From the IMG/VR virus record IMGVR_UViG_3300025536_000006: a stretch of 37,750 bases of DNA; one strand, 5' to 3'. Positions 22,278 to 30,255 of this stretch are shown here, piece after piece. The stretch is from a virus. The notes beneath the pieces were generated by a model. The model worked only from the letters and a program-made list of their open reading frames with translations, searched no databases and was not told the DNA's origin. The translations under genes were made by a program, and so were the position numbers. Positions within the stretch are counted from its first letter, which is position 1. Each line of letters starts with the position of its first letter.

Positions 22278-24832
22278 TGTCATATAAACCGCTTTACATT
22301 CGCAAAATGGAGACGGGGCTTGTGCAAAGCAGGCAGGATTTCATCTTGCCTGATGATGCCTATCCTGTTTTAGAGAATGCTTATGTATGGCGTGAAAGAA
22401 TCAAAAGACGTCAGGGACTAGATCTTGTAGGAAGATTGCGTAGAGTCTTAACAGGGCTATCTCTTGGCCTTTCTGGGGCCGATCCTTGGACATTTACCAT
22501 CTGGTCAACTCTAGCACCTCCTATCGTTCCTGAAGCTACTGCTCAGATTGAGCCTGGAAGCGTAGTGATCGATATAGGAGGAGTTATACTAATCGATCAA
22601 GGTGATGGAACTTTAGCTACTGCTCCTCCTAGTGGGGTTACAGGGACTATAAACTATCAAACAGGTAGCGTGACAATTATGGGAGCTGGAGCTGGAGTGG
22701 CAACAACCATCAGCTTCAATTATTTCCCTGGCCTTCCTGTGATGGGGCTTCGTTCTAGAGAGCTGAATTCAATCAATATCGAGCAACTTATCGCCTTCGA
22801 TACGTTCTATGCCTACAGATTCGTAGGAACAGGTTGGCAAGAATTTATTCCAGGAACTACCTGGAGCGGGACATTACCTGATGCTGATTCGAATTTCTTC
22901 TGGTCTACAAACTATTGGGTGGGCGATGGTAACCAAAAGATATTTTGGGTCACGAACTTTTCAGGAATCACAGGCGATCCTATTCGCTATACCAACGGCA
23001 CTACCTGGATAAATTTTGCCCCTACGATCAATGCAGCAGGTGAGGTTCTAGCTCAATGTCTCGCCATGTTGCCATTTAGAGGAAGGCTTGTAACATTCAA
23101 TACATTGGAAGGCGCGAATTTAGCCACTTCCGTTGCTTATACCAATCGAATACGATGGGCAGCAATCGGAACGCCATTTAGCACACCAAGTGCGATTGTA
23201 ACGCCTGTAAATGCTAATGCATGGCGTGATGACATACGAGGACAAGGAGGATTTCTTGACATCCCGACTTCTGAAAGTATCGTTGCAGTTGGCTTCGTCC
23301 GTGATAATTTGGTTATTTACTGTGAGCGCAGTACTTGGCAGCTGCGTTATACTGGGCGCTCTATTGCTCCTTTCCAGATTGAAAAAGTTAATAGTGAGCT
23401 CGGCTCAGAAAGTACTTTCAGTGCTGTCCAGTTCGACACATCACTTATCGGAATAGGAGACAAAGGAGTTGTTGAATGCGACAGCTTCAAGTCTGAAAGG
23501 ATCGATATCAAGATTCCCGATCTTGTCTTTGAATTCAAAAATGAAAGCGAAGGAACAAAACGAGTCCATGGCATTAGAGATTTTCAAGAAAGACTTGCTT
23601 ATTGGACTTACGTTTACAATCCTGCATCGACTCCAGGTCAGAAGTTTCCCAACCGTCGATTAGTCTATAACTATGAGAATGACTCCTGGGCTATCTTTAC
23701 AGACTCTTTGACAGCATTAGGAACTTACCAAGAAGCCGTAGCGCGTACATGGATAACAGCCGATTCCACATGGAATAAAGCTAACTTTCCATGGCTAGAT
23801 GTTCCAGCTCAATTTCCTTTCATTGTAGGAGGAAATCAGCAAGGATACGTTCATAAACTTTCGTCTAATCTGTCTCCAAAAACTACTAATGATGTTACTC
23901 TTTTCATCACCAACATCGTAGGAGCTACCACTACGCCTACGATCGTCACAAGCCCTAACCATAATCTTGTGACGGGTCAGGTGATCACCATTCATGATTT
24001 ACCATCTACTGATCCTTATGCAGCTAGTCTAAACAGTCCTAGAACTGGTGCTATTACAGGAGCAACACAAGCCAACCCATGTCAGATCACAAGTACTAAC
24101 CATGGTCTTTTGACAGGTTCTAGAATCGATATCTCAGGTGTGACCGGAATGGTAGAACTCAATGGATTGAGCTATATCATTACGGTAACGGGCGTAAATA
24201 CATTTACTCTAGATGGCATTGACTCTACAAATTTCACTGCCTACGCAGGCGCTGGGACTTGGAGTTACACTAATGCTTTTGCCGTATTCATTGATCCTAC
24301 CAGCAGCCCTTTAGATACCTTCCAGCTTTGGAAGTATTCACCTGTTACACTCGATTTTACCATTCCTCAAACCGATGCTCCAGGAACATATCAAGGCGGA
24401 GGACAAATCGCCGTTAGAGACGGTTTTAGTATCGTTAGCAAGAAATTCAACTTCCTAGAGCAAGGGCAAAACATTCAATTAGGATATATAGATCTTTTGA
24501 CTGATACCACAGAAAGTGGGGCGATCACTCTCAATGTCTATCTCAACTACAATAACAGCAGCCCAGTCAATATTTTGCCAGAGAATGTTAACCCTGTAAC
24601 GTTTTTGCCAGATCCCTTTTTCAATACTACAGTCAATACGTTTCAAGGAGCAGGAATGCCTAGCATAAAGAATAACCAAAGAGTCTTTTGTTCAATGTGG
24701 GGGCATTTTGTCACCCTGCAATGGACTCTATCCAAGGCACAACTTATCAGCGTTGAGCAAGAATCAGACGTACAAATCGATTATCAAATTTTGTGGATAA
24801 GACCAGCAGGAACACAACTCAATAATATTTAG
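22277..24832 (+). CDS. Large tail protein, nozzle / tail tubular B-like (tentative)
   Basis: About 850 aa. The N terminus (KMETGLVQSRQDFILPDDA...ENAYVW...KRRQG) loosely parallels the T7 gp12 N terminus. It carries one full and one partial FCCH-like module. Possible starts are GTG 22277, TTG 22250 or ATG 22307. Confidence 0.45.
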   Translation: MSYKPLYIRKMETGLVQSRQDFILPDDAYPVLENAYVWRERIKRRQGLDLVGRLRRVLTGLSLGLSGADPWTFTIWSTLAPPIVPEATAQIEPGSVVIDIGGVILIDQGDGTLATAPPSGVTGTINYQTGSVTIMGAGAGVATTISFNYFPGLPVMGLRSRELNSINIEQLIAFDTFYAYRFVGTGWQEFIPGTTWSGTLPDADSNFFWSTNYWVGDGNQKIFWVTNFSGITGDPIRYTNGTTWINFAPTINAAGEVLAQCLAMLPFRGRLVTFNTLEGANLATSVAYTNRIRWAAIGTPFSTPSAIVTPVNANAWRDDIRGQGGFLDIPTSESIVAVGFVRDNLVIYCERSTWQLRYTGRSIAPFQIEKVNSELGSESTFSAVQFDTSLIGIGDKGVVECDSFKSERIDIKIPDLVFEFKNESEGTKRVHGIRDFQERLAYWTYVYNPASTPGQKFPNRRLVYNYENDSWAIFTDSLTALGTYQEAVARTWITADSTWNKANFPWLDVPAQFPFIVGGNQQGYVHKLSSNLSPKTTNDVTLFITNIVGATTTPTIVTSPNHNLVTGQVITIHDLPSTDPYAASLNSPRTGAITGATQANPCQITSTNHGLLTGSRIDISGVTGMVELNGLSYIITVTGVNTFTLDGIDSTNFTAYAGAGTWSYTNAFAVFIDPTSSPLDTFQLWKYSPVTLDFTIPQTDAPGTYQGGGQIAVRDGFSIVSKKFNFLEQGQNIQLGYIDLLTDTTESGAITLNVYLNYNNSSPVNILPENVNPVTFLPDPFFNTTVNTFQGAGMPSIKNNQRVFCSMWGHFVTLQWTLSKAQLISVEQESDVQIDYQILWIRPAGTQLNNI

Positions 24833-24839
24833 GTAAATT

Positions 24840-25433
24840 ATGGCATCATATATTCGTAACCAACCCGTGGCCACAGACGACTTAAGCGTTAGTGCTCCGA
24901 TCTTATCAGGTAATACCAACAAAGCCGATGATAGCTTTGGGATCGATCACTTCCAGTTCTCTGATCTGACTACAAACAATGGATTCCATAAGAAAGTCAC
25001 CTTACCAGGGAGTCTAGCTGCTCCTACTCCAGCGGCTGGATTTGGGGATATGTATGCCGTTACTACAGCATCTATCACAAAGCCCATATGGAGAAGAGAT
25101 GGTCTTGCTGGCACACCTGAATTCCCTATGCTACCTATTAAAGCTTTTGGATCATATTCTAGTACTGGAGTAGCTATCGGAACTCCCTCAAATATATTTT
25201 CATGTACAAATGTAAGCACAGGAAGATACGATTTTGTGCTTTCAGCGAATGTTCTTGATCCTGCCGGAGCCGCGAATTATTCCATATTTGCTGCATCTAA
25301 TAAAGCAGGCAGCAATCCAGCGACTATTTTAATGGGCATTCCTCTAACAGCAACAACTTTTCAGGTTTTTAGCCGAGATCATGCGAATGTTTTAACAGAT
25401 TCTGAATTCAGCGTTATGGTTCTTCAATTATGA
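24840..25433 (+). CDS. Virion protein (197 aa), function unknown
   Basis: ORF track. Preceded by TAGGTAAATTATGG, the same junction as at 25907-25920. Confidence 0.55.
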   Translation: MASYIRNQPVATDDLSVSAPILSGNTNKADDSFGIDHFQFSDLTTNNGFHKKVTLPGSLAAPTPAAGFGDMYAVTTASITKPIWRRDGLAGTPEFPMLPIKAFGSYSSTGVAIGTPSNIFSCTNVSTGRYDFVLSANVLDPAGAANYSIFAASNKAGSNPATILMGIPLTATTFQVFSRDHANVLTDSEFSVMVLQL

Positions 25434-25909
25434 CCTCACAAACCTCACAAGAATTCGAATCCTTCGTTCCGGTCTACGATACCGTTCCTGAGAAATGGGA
25501 AGACGGAAGAGCATTCCTTGTTGAGCATTTGAAGAAGATCTCCAATGCCGTCAATATTCGTACAATCGGATGGCTGCTTGATGAAGAGCTTCTCAGTGGG
25601 CAAGCGTTCATTCCTGGAGCAAATACACCAGCAGGTAATACAGGTTCCAATTTTCGTCAGGTTCTAAGAAAAGTTGTGAATGTAGGCCCATTAGTAGCTG
25701 GCGTTAATGCAGGAGTAAACCATGGAGTCACATTCGATGCAAATTTCACGCTTATAGATCTATGGGTAGCAGGAACGGATTCTGTAGGCTTTACAGCAAG
25801 AGTAATAAGTGGCAATGATGTAATCATGAACGCAACACAGTTGGTCATTACATCACCTCAAGCATTTGATAGGGCATATGCCTTCATTGAATATACACAG
25901 GAATTATAG
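25430..25909 (+). CDS. Virion protein (159 aa), function unknown
   Basis: ORF track. ATGA coupling to the upstream gene. Confidence 0.55.
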   Translation: MTSQTSQEFESFVPVYDTVPEKWEDGRAFLVEHLKKISNAVNIRTIGWLLDEELLSGQAFIPGANTPAGNTGSNFRQVLRKVVNVGPLVAGVNAGVNHGVTFDANFTLIDLWVAGTDSVGFTARVISGNDVIMNATQLVITSPQAFDRAYAFIEYTQEL

Positions 25910-25916
25910 GTAAATT

Positions 25917-26537
25917 ATGGGACTTTTCAAAGAGATAGGTAAATTTTTCCGAGGAACTCCTGGGAAGTATCAACAAAGATCTACGCTAAATCCAGAGCAA
26001 CAAGGATTAGCCCAACAATATTACAACTCTATTCGTGGCCAAGGAGCAGGCGGAGCGTTTGGAGATGTTGCGGATTATTATCGCGGTAATTTGAGTGATA
26101 ACCCAGCCGATTTCCAAGCTTTTGCTGCTCCAGAAATGCGAAGGTTCAATGAGCAAATCATCCCTGGTCTTTCCGAACAATTTGCTGGGATGGGCTCAGG
26201 AGGTCTTTCAAGCAGTGGCTTTCGCAACGCAGCAGTTGGAGCAGGTACGGATCTTAGCGAGCGTCTTGGAGCGATTAGAGCGCAACTAAGACAGCAAAGT
26301 GCTCAAGGATTGCAAGGCTTCGCTCAAGGTGGCTTAAACCCATCATTCAATGAAAATCTTTATACAGCAGGACAGCCAGGTTTTATCGATACTGCTATGC
26401 AAGGACTGGGTCAGGCTGGCACAGGAGGCTTTGGAGGATTAGGCGGTTTCGTAGGAGGAGCAGCAAGCAATTGGTTGAAAAATAGACGAGCCAATACTTC
26501 ACAGATTTATGGCAATCAACAAGGTCAGGGAGGTTAA
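25917..26537 (+). CDS. Gly/Gln-rich protein (internal virion or ejection-protein candidate)
   Basis: Low-complexity G/Q/A-rich sequence (GQGAGGAFG, GMGSGGLSSSG, GTGGFGGLGGFVGG). It lies downstream of the tail genes. Confidence 0.4.
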   Translation: MGLFKEIGKFFRGTPGKYQQRSTLNPEQQGLAQQYYNSIRGQGAGGAFGDVADYYRGNLSDNPADFQAFAAPEMRRFNEQIIPGLSEQFAGMGSGGLSSSGFRNAAVGAGTDLSERLGAIRAQLRQQSAQGLQGFAQGGLNPSFNENLYTAGQPGFIDTAMQGLGQAGTGGFGGLGGFVGGAASNWLKNRRANTSQIYGNQQGQGG

Positions 26538-26538
26538 G

Positions 26539-27813
26539 GTGGTACAAATCATAAATGACCCATACGCCGGGAATGTATTCGGTCGTATAGGCAAAGGTCT
26601 CGGTCAAGGTTTAAGCGAGCAGCTTCCTAAAGAGGTAGAACGCACGAGACTTGCTTCTGGATTAAAGAAACTCAGTGAAAAATCTAAAACTGAAAAATTA
26701 TCTCCTTTAGATATATTTACGGAAGCGGCTGGACTTCCTGGTATTACTCCTCAACATCTTTATACGATGGCTCCAATACTTAATCAGCAAATACAAAAAC
26801 AAAATTTCTTAGCACGAGGCGAGCAAGGAGGAGCAGGATCTCCTAATATTGAGAAACCAAATCTAGGAACAGAAGGTCAAAATAGACATTCAGCATCAGG
26901 TGTTCCTAATCTAGCAGCTCCTGAAAGCGGTTTTGTAAGTCCCTCAGATATTGCTAATTATAAAGAAACCGTTTTGCAAGAACCTGGCTTCAATCAGATT
27001 AATTCATTAGCCAAAGATTATTTAGATCAGGGTATTACTCAAGATCCCCAAGAAGCAACTTCGTTAGCTGCGAAGGAATTGGCTCAAAATCGAGCAGCGC
27101 AAGCAACAAAAATTCAAGCCTTTAAGGATGATTTTGGAGGTGAAAATGGGCGATTTGCTTTACAATTGCAGTCGGGCCCGCTTGGTCAAAAAAGCTTTAA
27201 AGCTGTGGCCGGAGAGATCCAACAAGCTCTCTTAGATCAGGGAGAATATAGAGTTGGAGCATTAGGCATGAATCCTGCTGCGGTTGCTCTTGAAATGAGC
27301 AATATCGCTACAGAACTAGGGAAAACTGTAACTCAAACGAATGCAACCGGATCTTTTTGGAATCAATTTGCAAGTAAGCAATCAAAAATCACAGATCTGA
27401 GAGAACAAAAGAAGGAATTTGAAAAATATGGGTTTGGGGAGCAATTTAATGATATCGCATCAGCAGCTTTAGGGATTACGCCTCTAGAAGCTGCAAATAT
27501 ATTGTCTCCTCTAGAAAATAAGTCTATATCTGACATGATTGCAAAAACCAAGAAAATCTCTCAGAAATCAACGCAAAATAATATTGATACAACGACTTTA
27601 GACAAAATCATTCGATCGATCACACCTAAAGACAATCTTTTTTCGATCGAATATATGTTGAGAAATAAGCAACTAGATATTCAACAATTTAAGAAAAGAG
27701 TGCAGGAACTTGTAAATGCCAAGGAAATCGCTCTTACGCCAGAACAAAAAAGACAAATGAAAAGAACCGTAAGTGAATCATTTCTTGGTGATTTATTATT
27801 TGAAGCACTTTAA
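26539..27813 (+). CDS. Internal virion protein candidate (about 424 aa)
   Basis: GTG 26539 follows GGGAGG by 6 nt. The track start, ATG 26509, would overlap the upstream gene by 29 nt. No enzymatic motif recognised. Confidence 0.4.
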   Translation: MVQIINDPYAGNVFGRIGKGLGQGLSEQLPKEVERTRLASGLKKLSEKSKTEKLSPLDIFTEAAGLPGITPQHLYTMAPILNQQIQKQNFLARGEQGGAGSPNIEKPNLGTEGQNRHSASGVPNLAAPESGFVSPSDIANYKETVLQEPGFNQINSLAKDYLDQGITQDPQEATSLAAKELAQNRAAQATKIQAFKDDFGGENGRFALQLQSGPLGQKSFKAVAGEIQQALLDQGEYRVGALGMNPAAVALEMSNIATELGKTVTQTNATGSFWNQFASKQSKITDLREQKKEFEKYGFGEQFNDIASAALGITPLEAANILSPLENKSISDMIAKTKKISQKSTQNNIDTTTLDKIIRSITPKDNLFSIEYMLRNKQLDIQQFKKRVQELVNAKEIALTPEQKRQMKRTVSESFLGDLLFEAL

Positions 27814-27822
27814 GGAGAAAAT

Positions 27823-28395
27823 ATGGCTTCTGCTATTTTTGGAGTTTTAAAATATTTGCCAGCTTCTTTGGCTAGGAAAGCTCTTGCGAAAGCAAACCCT
27901 GGTTTTGAGAATTATTTCTCTAAAGCTTTGAGTTATGGAGTAGATGCTAATCGCGCATTGGATTATCTCATTGATAAATTTGAAAACAGTGCTCAAAAAG
28001 ATTTTAAACAACAGCAAGAATCTAGAGCTGCCGAAGGAACATTAAGACCTGACGAAATGGCAACTAGAAGTCAGGTGGCAAATGCGGCTATTCCAGGAAA
28101 AATATTGAAAGGAGGAGCATCTGCACTTTTAGGAGGAGCATTAGGAATAGGCTCTGAAAGAAGGCCATCCCAAGAACAAGAACCTACATTAACCGATGAA
28201 GAAAAAAGACAAGCTACTCTCCAAGCATTTAATGAAAGATTACGTTCTAAAAAACCTAAATCTGAACTTTCTAGAGAAGAATTGACCCGTCAATTCGAAG
28301 AATCTCAACAAGGCGGTCAAGGTAAAGCAGCTTTACTGTCGACCATGCAGCAGCTTACCGAAGCGCTAAGGCAAATGAGAGGCCAAGGTGGATGA
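27823..28395 (+). CDS. Hypothetical virion-module protein (190 aa)
   Basis: ORF track with an AAGGAG RBS. Charged and helical. Confidence 0.5.
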   Translation: MASAIFGVLKYLPASLARKALAKANPGFENYFSKALSYGVDANRALDYLIDKFENSAQKDFKQQQESRAAEGTLRPDEMATRSQVANAAIPGKILKGGASALLGGALGIGSERRPSQEQEPTLTDEEKRQATLQAFNERLRSKKPKSELSREELTRQFEESQQGGQGKAALLSTMQQLTEALRQMRGQGG

Positions 28396-29029
28396 ACTTC
28401 TGCGATTGCTTATTCAATTCATAGATCAAATCGAAGGATCATTCGATGAATTGGATGATGCGGAAGCTCAAGAAGTAGCTAACTTCTTAACCGAAACCAT
28501 GAACTTTCTCATGGAAGGTCAAGCAGGTCAAGAACCTGCTCAAGGAGAGCCGCAAGTTGAAGCTCCAATACCTGTAGGAGCCGAACTACTTTGGATTCTA
28601 GCTGGCGGCCAAGAAGATGCCTTTGTCAATTATCTTCGTACTTATCCAGACCCTGCTCTCAACTCTATCTTGCAGAATCCAGAGATGCTCCAATCAACAT
28701 TGGATCGTCTCAATAGGACAATGCCTCAAGGTCTCAGAGGTCAAGAAGGAGGCATTCAACAAGCGCCTATCGATTCGAGTAACATCTACGGATTCAACTA
28801 CAATCCAAAGAGCGGCTCACTCCTAGTCCGATTCCAATCAGGAGCTGTTTATGGATATCAAGGCGTTCCACCTGGAGTTTTCCGCGTGTTTCAACAAGGC
28901 GCAATTCCCGCGAAGACAAAAGGCGAGAATCGTTTTGGAAAGTGGTGGCAAGGTAAGATTCCATCACTGGGGGCGGCCTTTTATGAATTGATTCGTCAAG
29001 GTGGCTATCCGTATCAACGCATTTCATAA
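28388..29029 (+). CDS. KTSC-domain protein (213 aa)
   Basis: IDSSNIYGFNYNPKSGSLLVRFQSGAVYGYQGVPPGVFRVFQQG matches the KTSC domain pattern (S.I..v.Y.....L.V.F..G..Y.Y..VP..v...). Confidence 0.65.
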   Translation: MDELLRLLIQFIDQIEGSFDELDDAEAQEVANFLTETMNFLMEGQAGQEPAQGEPQVEAPIPVGAELLWILAGGQEDAFVNYLRTYPDPALNSILQNPEMLQSTLDRLNRTMPQGLRGQEGGIQQAPIDSSNIYGFNYNPKSGSLLVRFQSGAVYGYQGVPPGVFRVFQQGAIPAKTKGENRFGKWWQGKIPSLGAAFYELIRQGGYPYQRIS

Positions 29030-29227
29030 GCCGAGTCCTTCATGCGCTTTCATCATTTTCACATCGAAAAACATCGTATCCTGATTCTTTTTCATGATCT
29101 TAAGAGTTGTTGCGATCTCGTAAAAATGTTCATGCATGAATTCTGATTGCCCACGATATTGAGCTATAGCCATATAAGTATTCATGACAGTCAAAATCAT
29201 TAAAATAACCATATAAAACTTTTTCAT
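29024..29227 (-). CDS. Small membrane protein (67 aa)
   Basis: N-terminal TM helix FYMVILMILTVMNTYMAIA. Last gene of the leftward small-membrane-protein chain. Confidence 0.55.
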   Translation of the reverse strand: MKKFYMVILMILTVMNTYMAIAQYRGQSEFMHEHFYEIATTLKIMKKNQDTMFFDVKMMKAHEGLGL

Positions 29228-29370
29228 TTCTTTACCTCAAGATGTTCAACTTTAACTTCGAGCTTAGCAATTCTTTCCTTCATGTCAGCTAAATAGATCA
29301 TGATTGTGAAAAATGTAGCTACAGCAACAAAATATATGCCGATTTTTTCCCAATTAACCTTATTTTCCAT
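29224..29370 (-). CDS. Small membrane / coiled-coil protein (48 aa), not in the ORF track
   Basis: Manual translation: MENKVNWEKIGIYFVAVATFFTIMIYLADMKERIAKLEVKVEHLEVKK. ATGA coupling to the downstream gene. Confidence 0.5.
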   Translation of the reverse strand: MENKVNWEKIGIYFVAVATFFTIMIYLADMKERIAKLEVKVEHLEVKK

Positions 29371-29434
29371 GAGGGACACTCCAATAAATTCCCCAAGATA
29401 AGATCAAGATACATAAAATAATAGGCCAGATCAT
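29360..29434 (-). CDS. Tiny hydrophobic peptide (24 aa), tentative
   Basis: MIWPIILCILILSWGIYWSVPHGK. AAGGAG RBS. Its start overlaps the upstream stop (ATGA). Confidence 0.3.
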   Translation of the reverse strand: MIWPIILCILILSWGIYWSVPHGK

Positions 29435-29592
29435 TTCTTACTCCTTTCCTCTAATGTGCAAAGTCTGCCATTGATTTCGCTCAAGTCTTTATGGATTCCA
29501 TCTATTTTTGATCCAAGATAAAACATAGGGGCCAACATTAACCCAATAAATGTTGCTATGCCGCCGATAAATCCTACGATTTCGAGAGCCAT
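29431..29592 (-). CDS. Small single-pass membrane protein, divergent GRLC-motif family member (53 aa), not in the ORF track
   Basis: Codon-by-codon manual translation: MALEIVGFIGGIATFIGLMLAPMFYLGSKIDGIHKDLSEINGRLCTLEERSKK. Confidence 0.65.
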   Translation of the reverse strand: MALEIVGFIGGIATFIGLMLAPMFYLGSKIDGIHKDLSEINGRLCTLEERSKK

Positions 29593-29600
29593 TGTCCAGT

Positions 29601-29786
29601 TCATTTTCTACTCTCTTCAATGGCGCAAAGTCTACCGTGGAAGTCCTTCATTTCGGTTTCTATTGCTCGCAGGATCACCATTGTTTCTGCTCTTAATTCT
29701 CGATTATCTGAACGTGATTCTGATCTGTTCCAAAAAAATAAGCCCGCAAAAGTCACGATCAAAATTAGAAATTGTGTCCATTCCAT
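29601..29786 (-). CDS. Small single-pass membrane protein, GRLC-motif family (61 aa)
   Basis: MEWTQFLILIVTFAGLFFWNRSESRSDNRE...MKDFHGRLCAIEESRK. Confidence 0.8.
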   Translation of the reverse strand: MEWTQFLILIVTFAGLFFWNRSESRSDNRELRAETMVILRAIETEMKDFHGRLCAIEESRK

Positions 29787-29835
29787 AACCTCTCTCCTTG
29801 TATATCACTAGTCTATAATATTCAGACATTTAAGA

Positions 29836-30255
29836 TCAATCTCTTTCCTTCGCTTCATCTTCTTGCGTTTTTTCTTGTGAAAGAAATTCCTGAATCTTTT
29901 GAATATCTACTAGTTCTTTTTCTAATTCTATAAAATGTTTTTTAAGATTCCATGCAAGGTTTTCAATTTCTTCTATTTGCATTTTCACATTGGCCAAACT
30001 GTACGGAATTTTGCTAATTCTTTCCTTCATCTTGGTCTCATCAGCCAAACAAAGTCCTCTTTCATTTAAAAATAATCTAATTTCAAATAATGATCTTTTG
30101 CCAAAATTCCTTTCCTTCATTAATTCAGAAGAAGTCCATTTTATTAAATCATTAATCGTAAGGATATTAATTCTCCTTAAACAGTTCTCTGTTCTAGCAG
30201 AAAAATTTGCATCTCTTATTTTTAAATCAAGAATCGTTATGATTTTTTCAGTCAT
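29836..30255 (-). CDS. RNA polymerase alpha-subunit C-terminal-domain (alpha-CTD)-like protein with a C-terminal coiled coil
   Basis: ANFSARTENCLRRINILTINDLIKWTSSELMKERNFGKRSLFEIRLFLNERGLCL aligns with E. coli alpha-CTD [55 protein letters not shown]. The R-x-x-N-C and G-K-K/R-S motifs are retained. Confidence 0.8.
   Translation of the reverse strand: MTEKIITILDLKIRDANFSARTENCLRRINILTINDLIKWTSSELMKERNFGKRSLFEIRLFLNERGLCLADETKMKERISKIPYSLANVKMQIEEIENLAWNLKKHFIELEKELVDIQKIQEFLSQEKTQEDEAKERD

Noticed and set aside
26539-27813. Possible tape-measure protein
   Set aside because: About 424 aa is too short. No tail tube, sheath or chaperone frameshift pair precedes it. The context fits podovirus internal proteins better.
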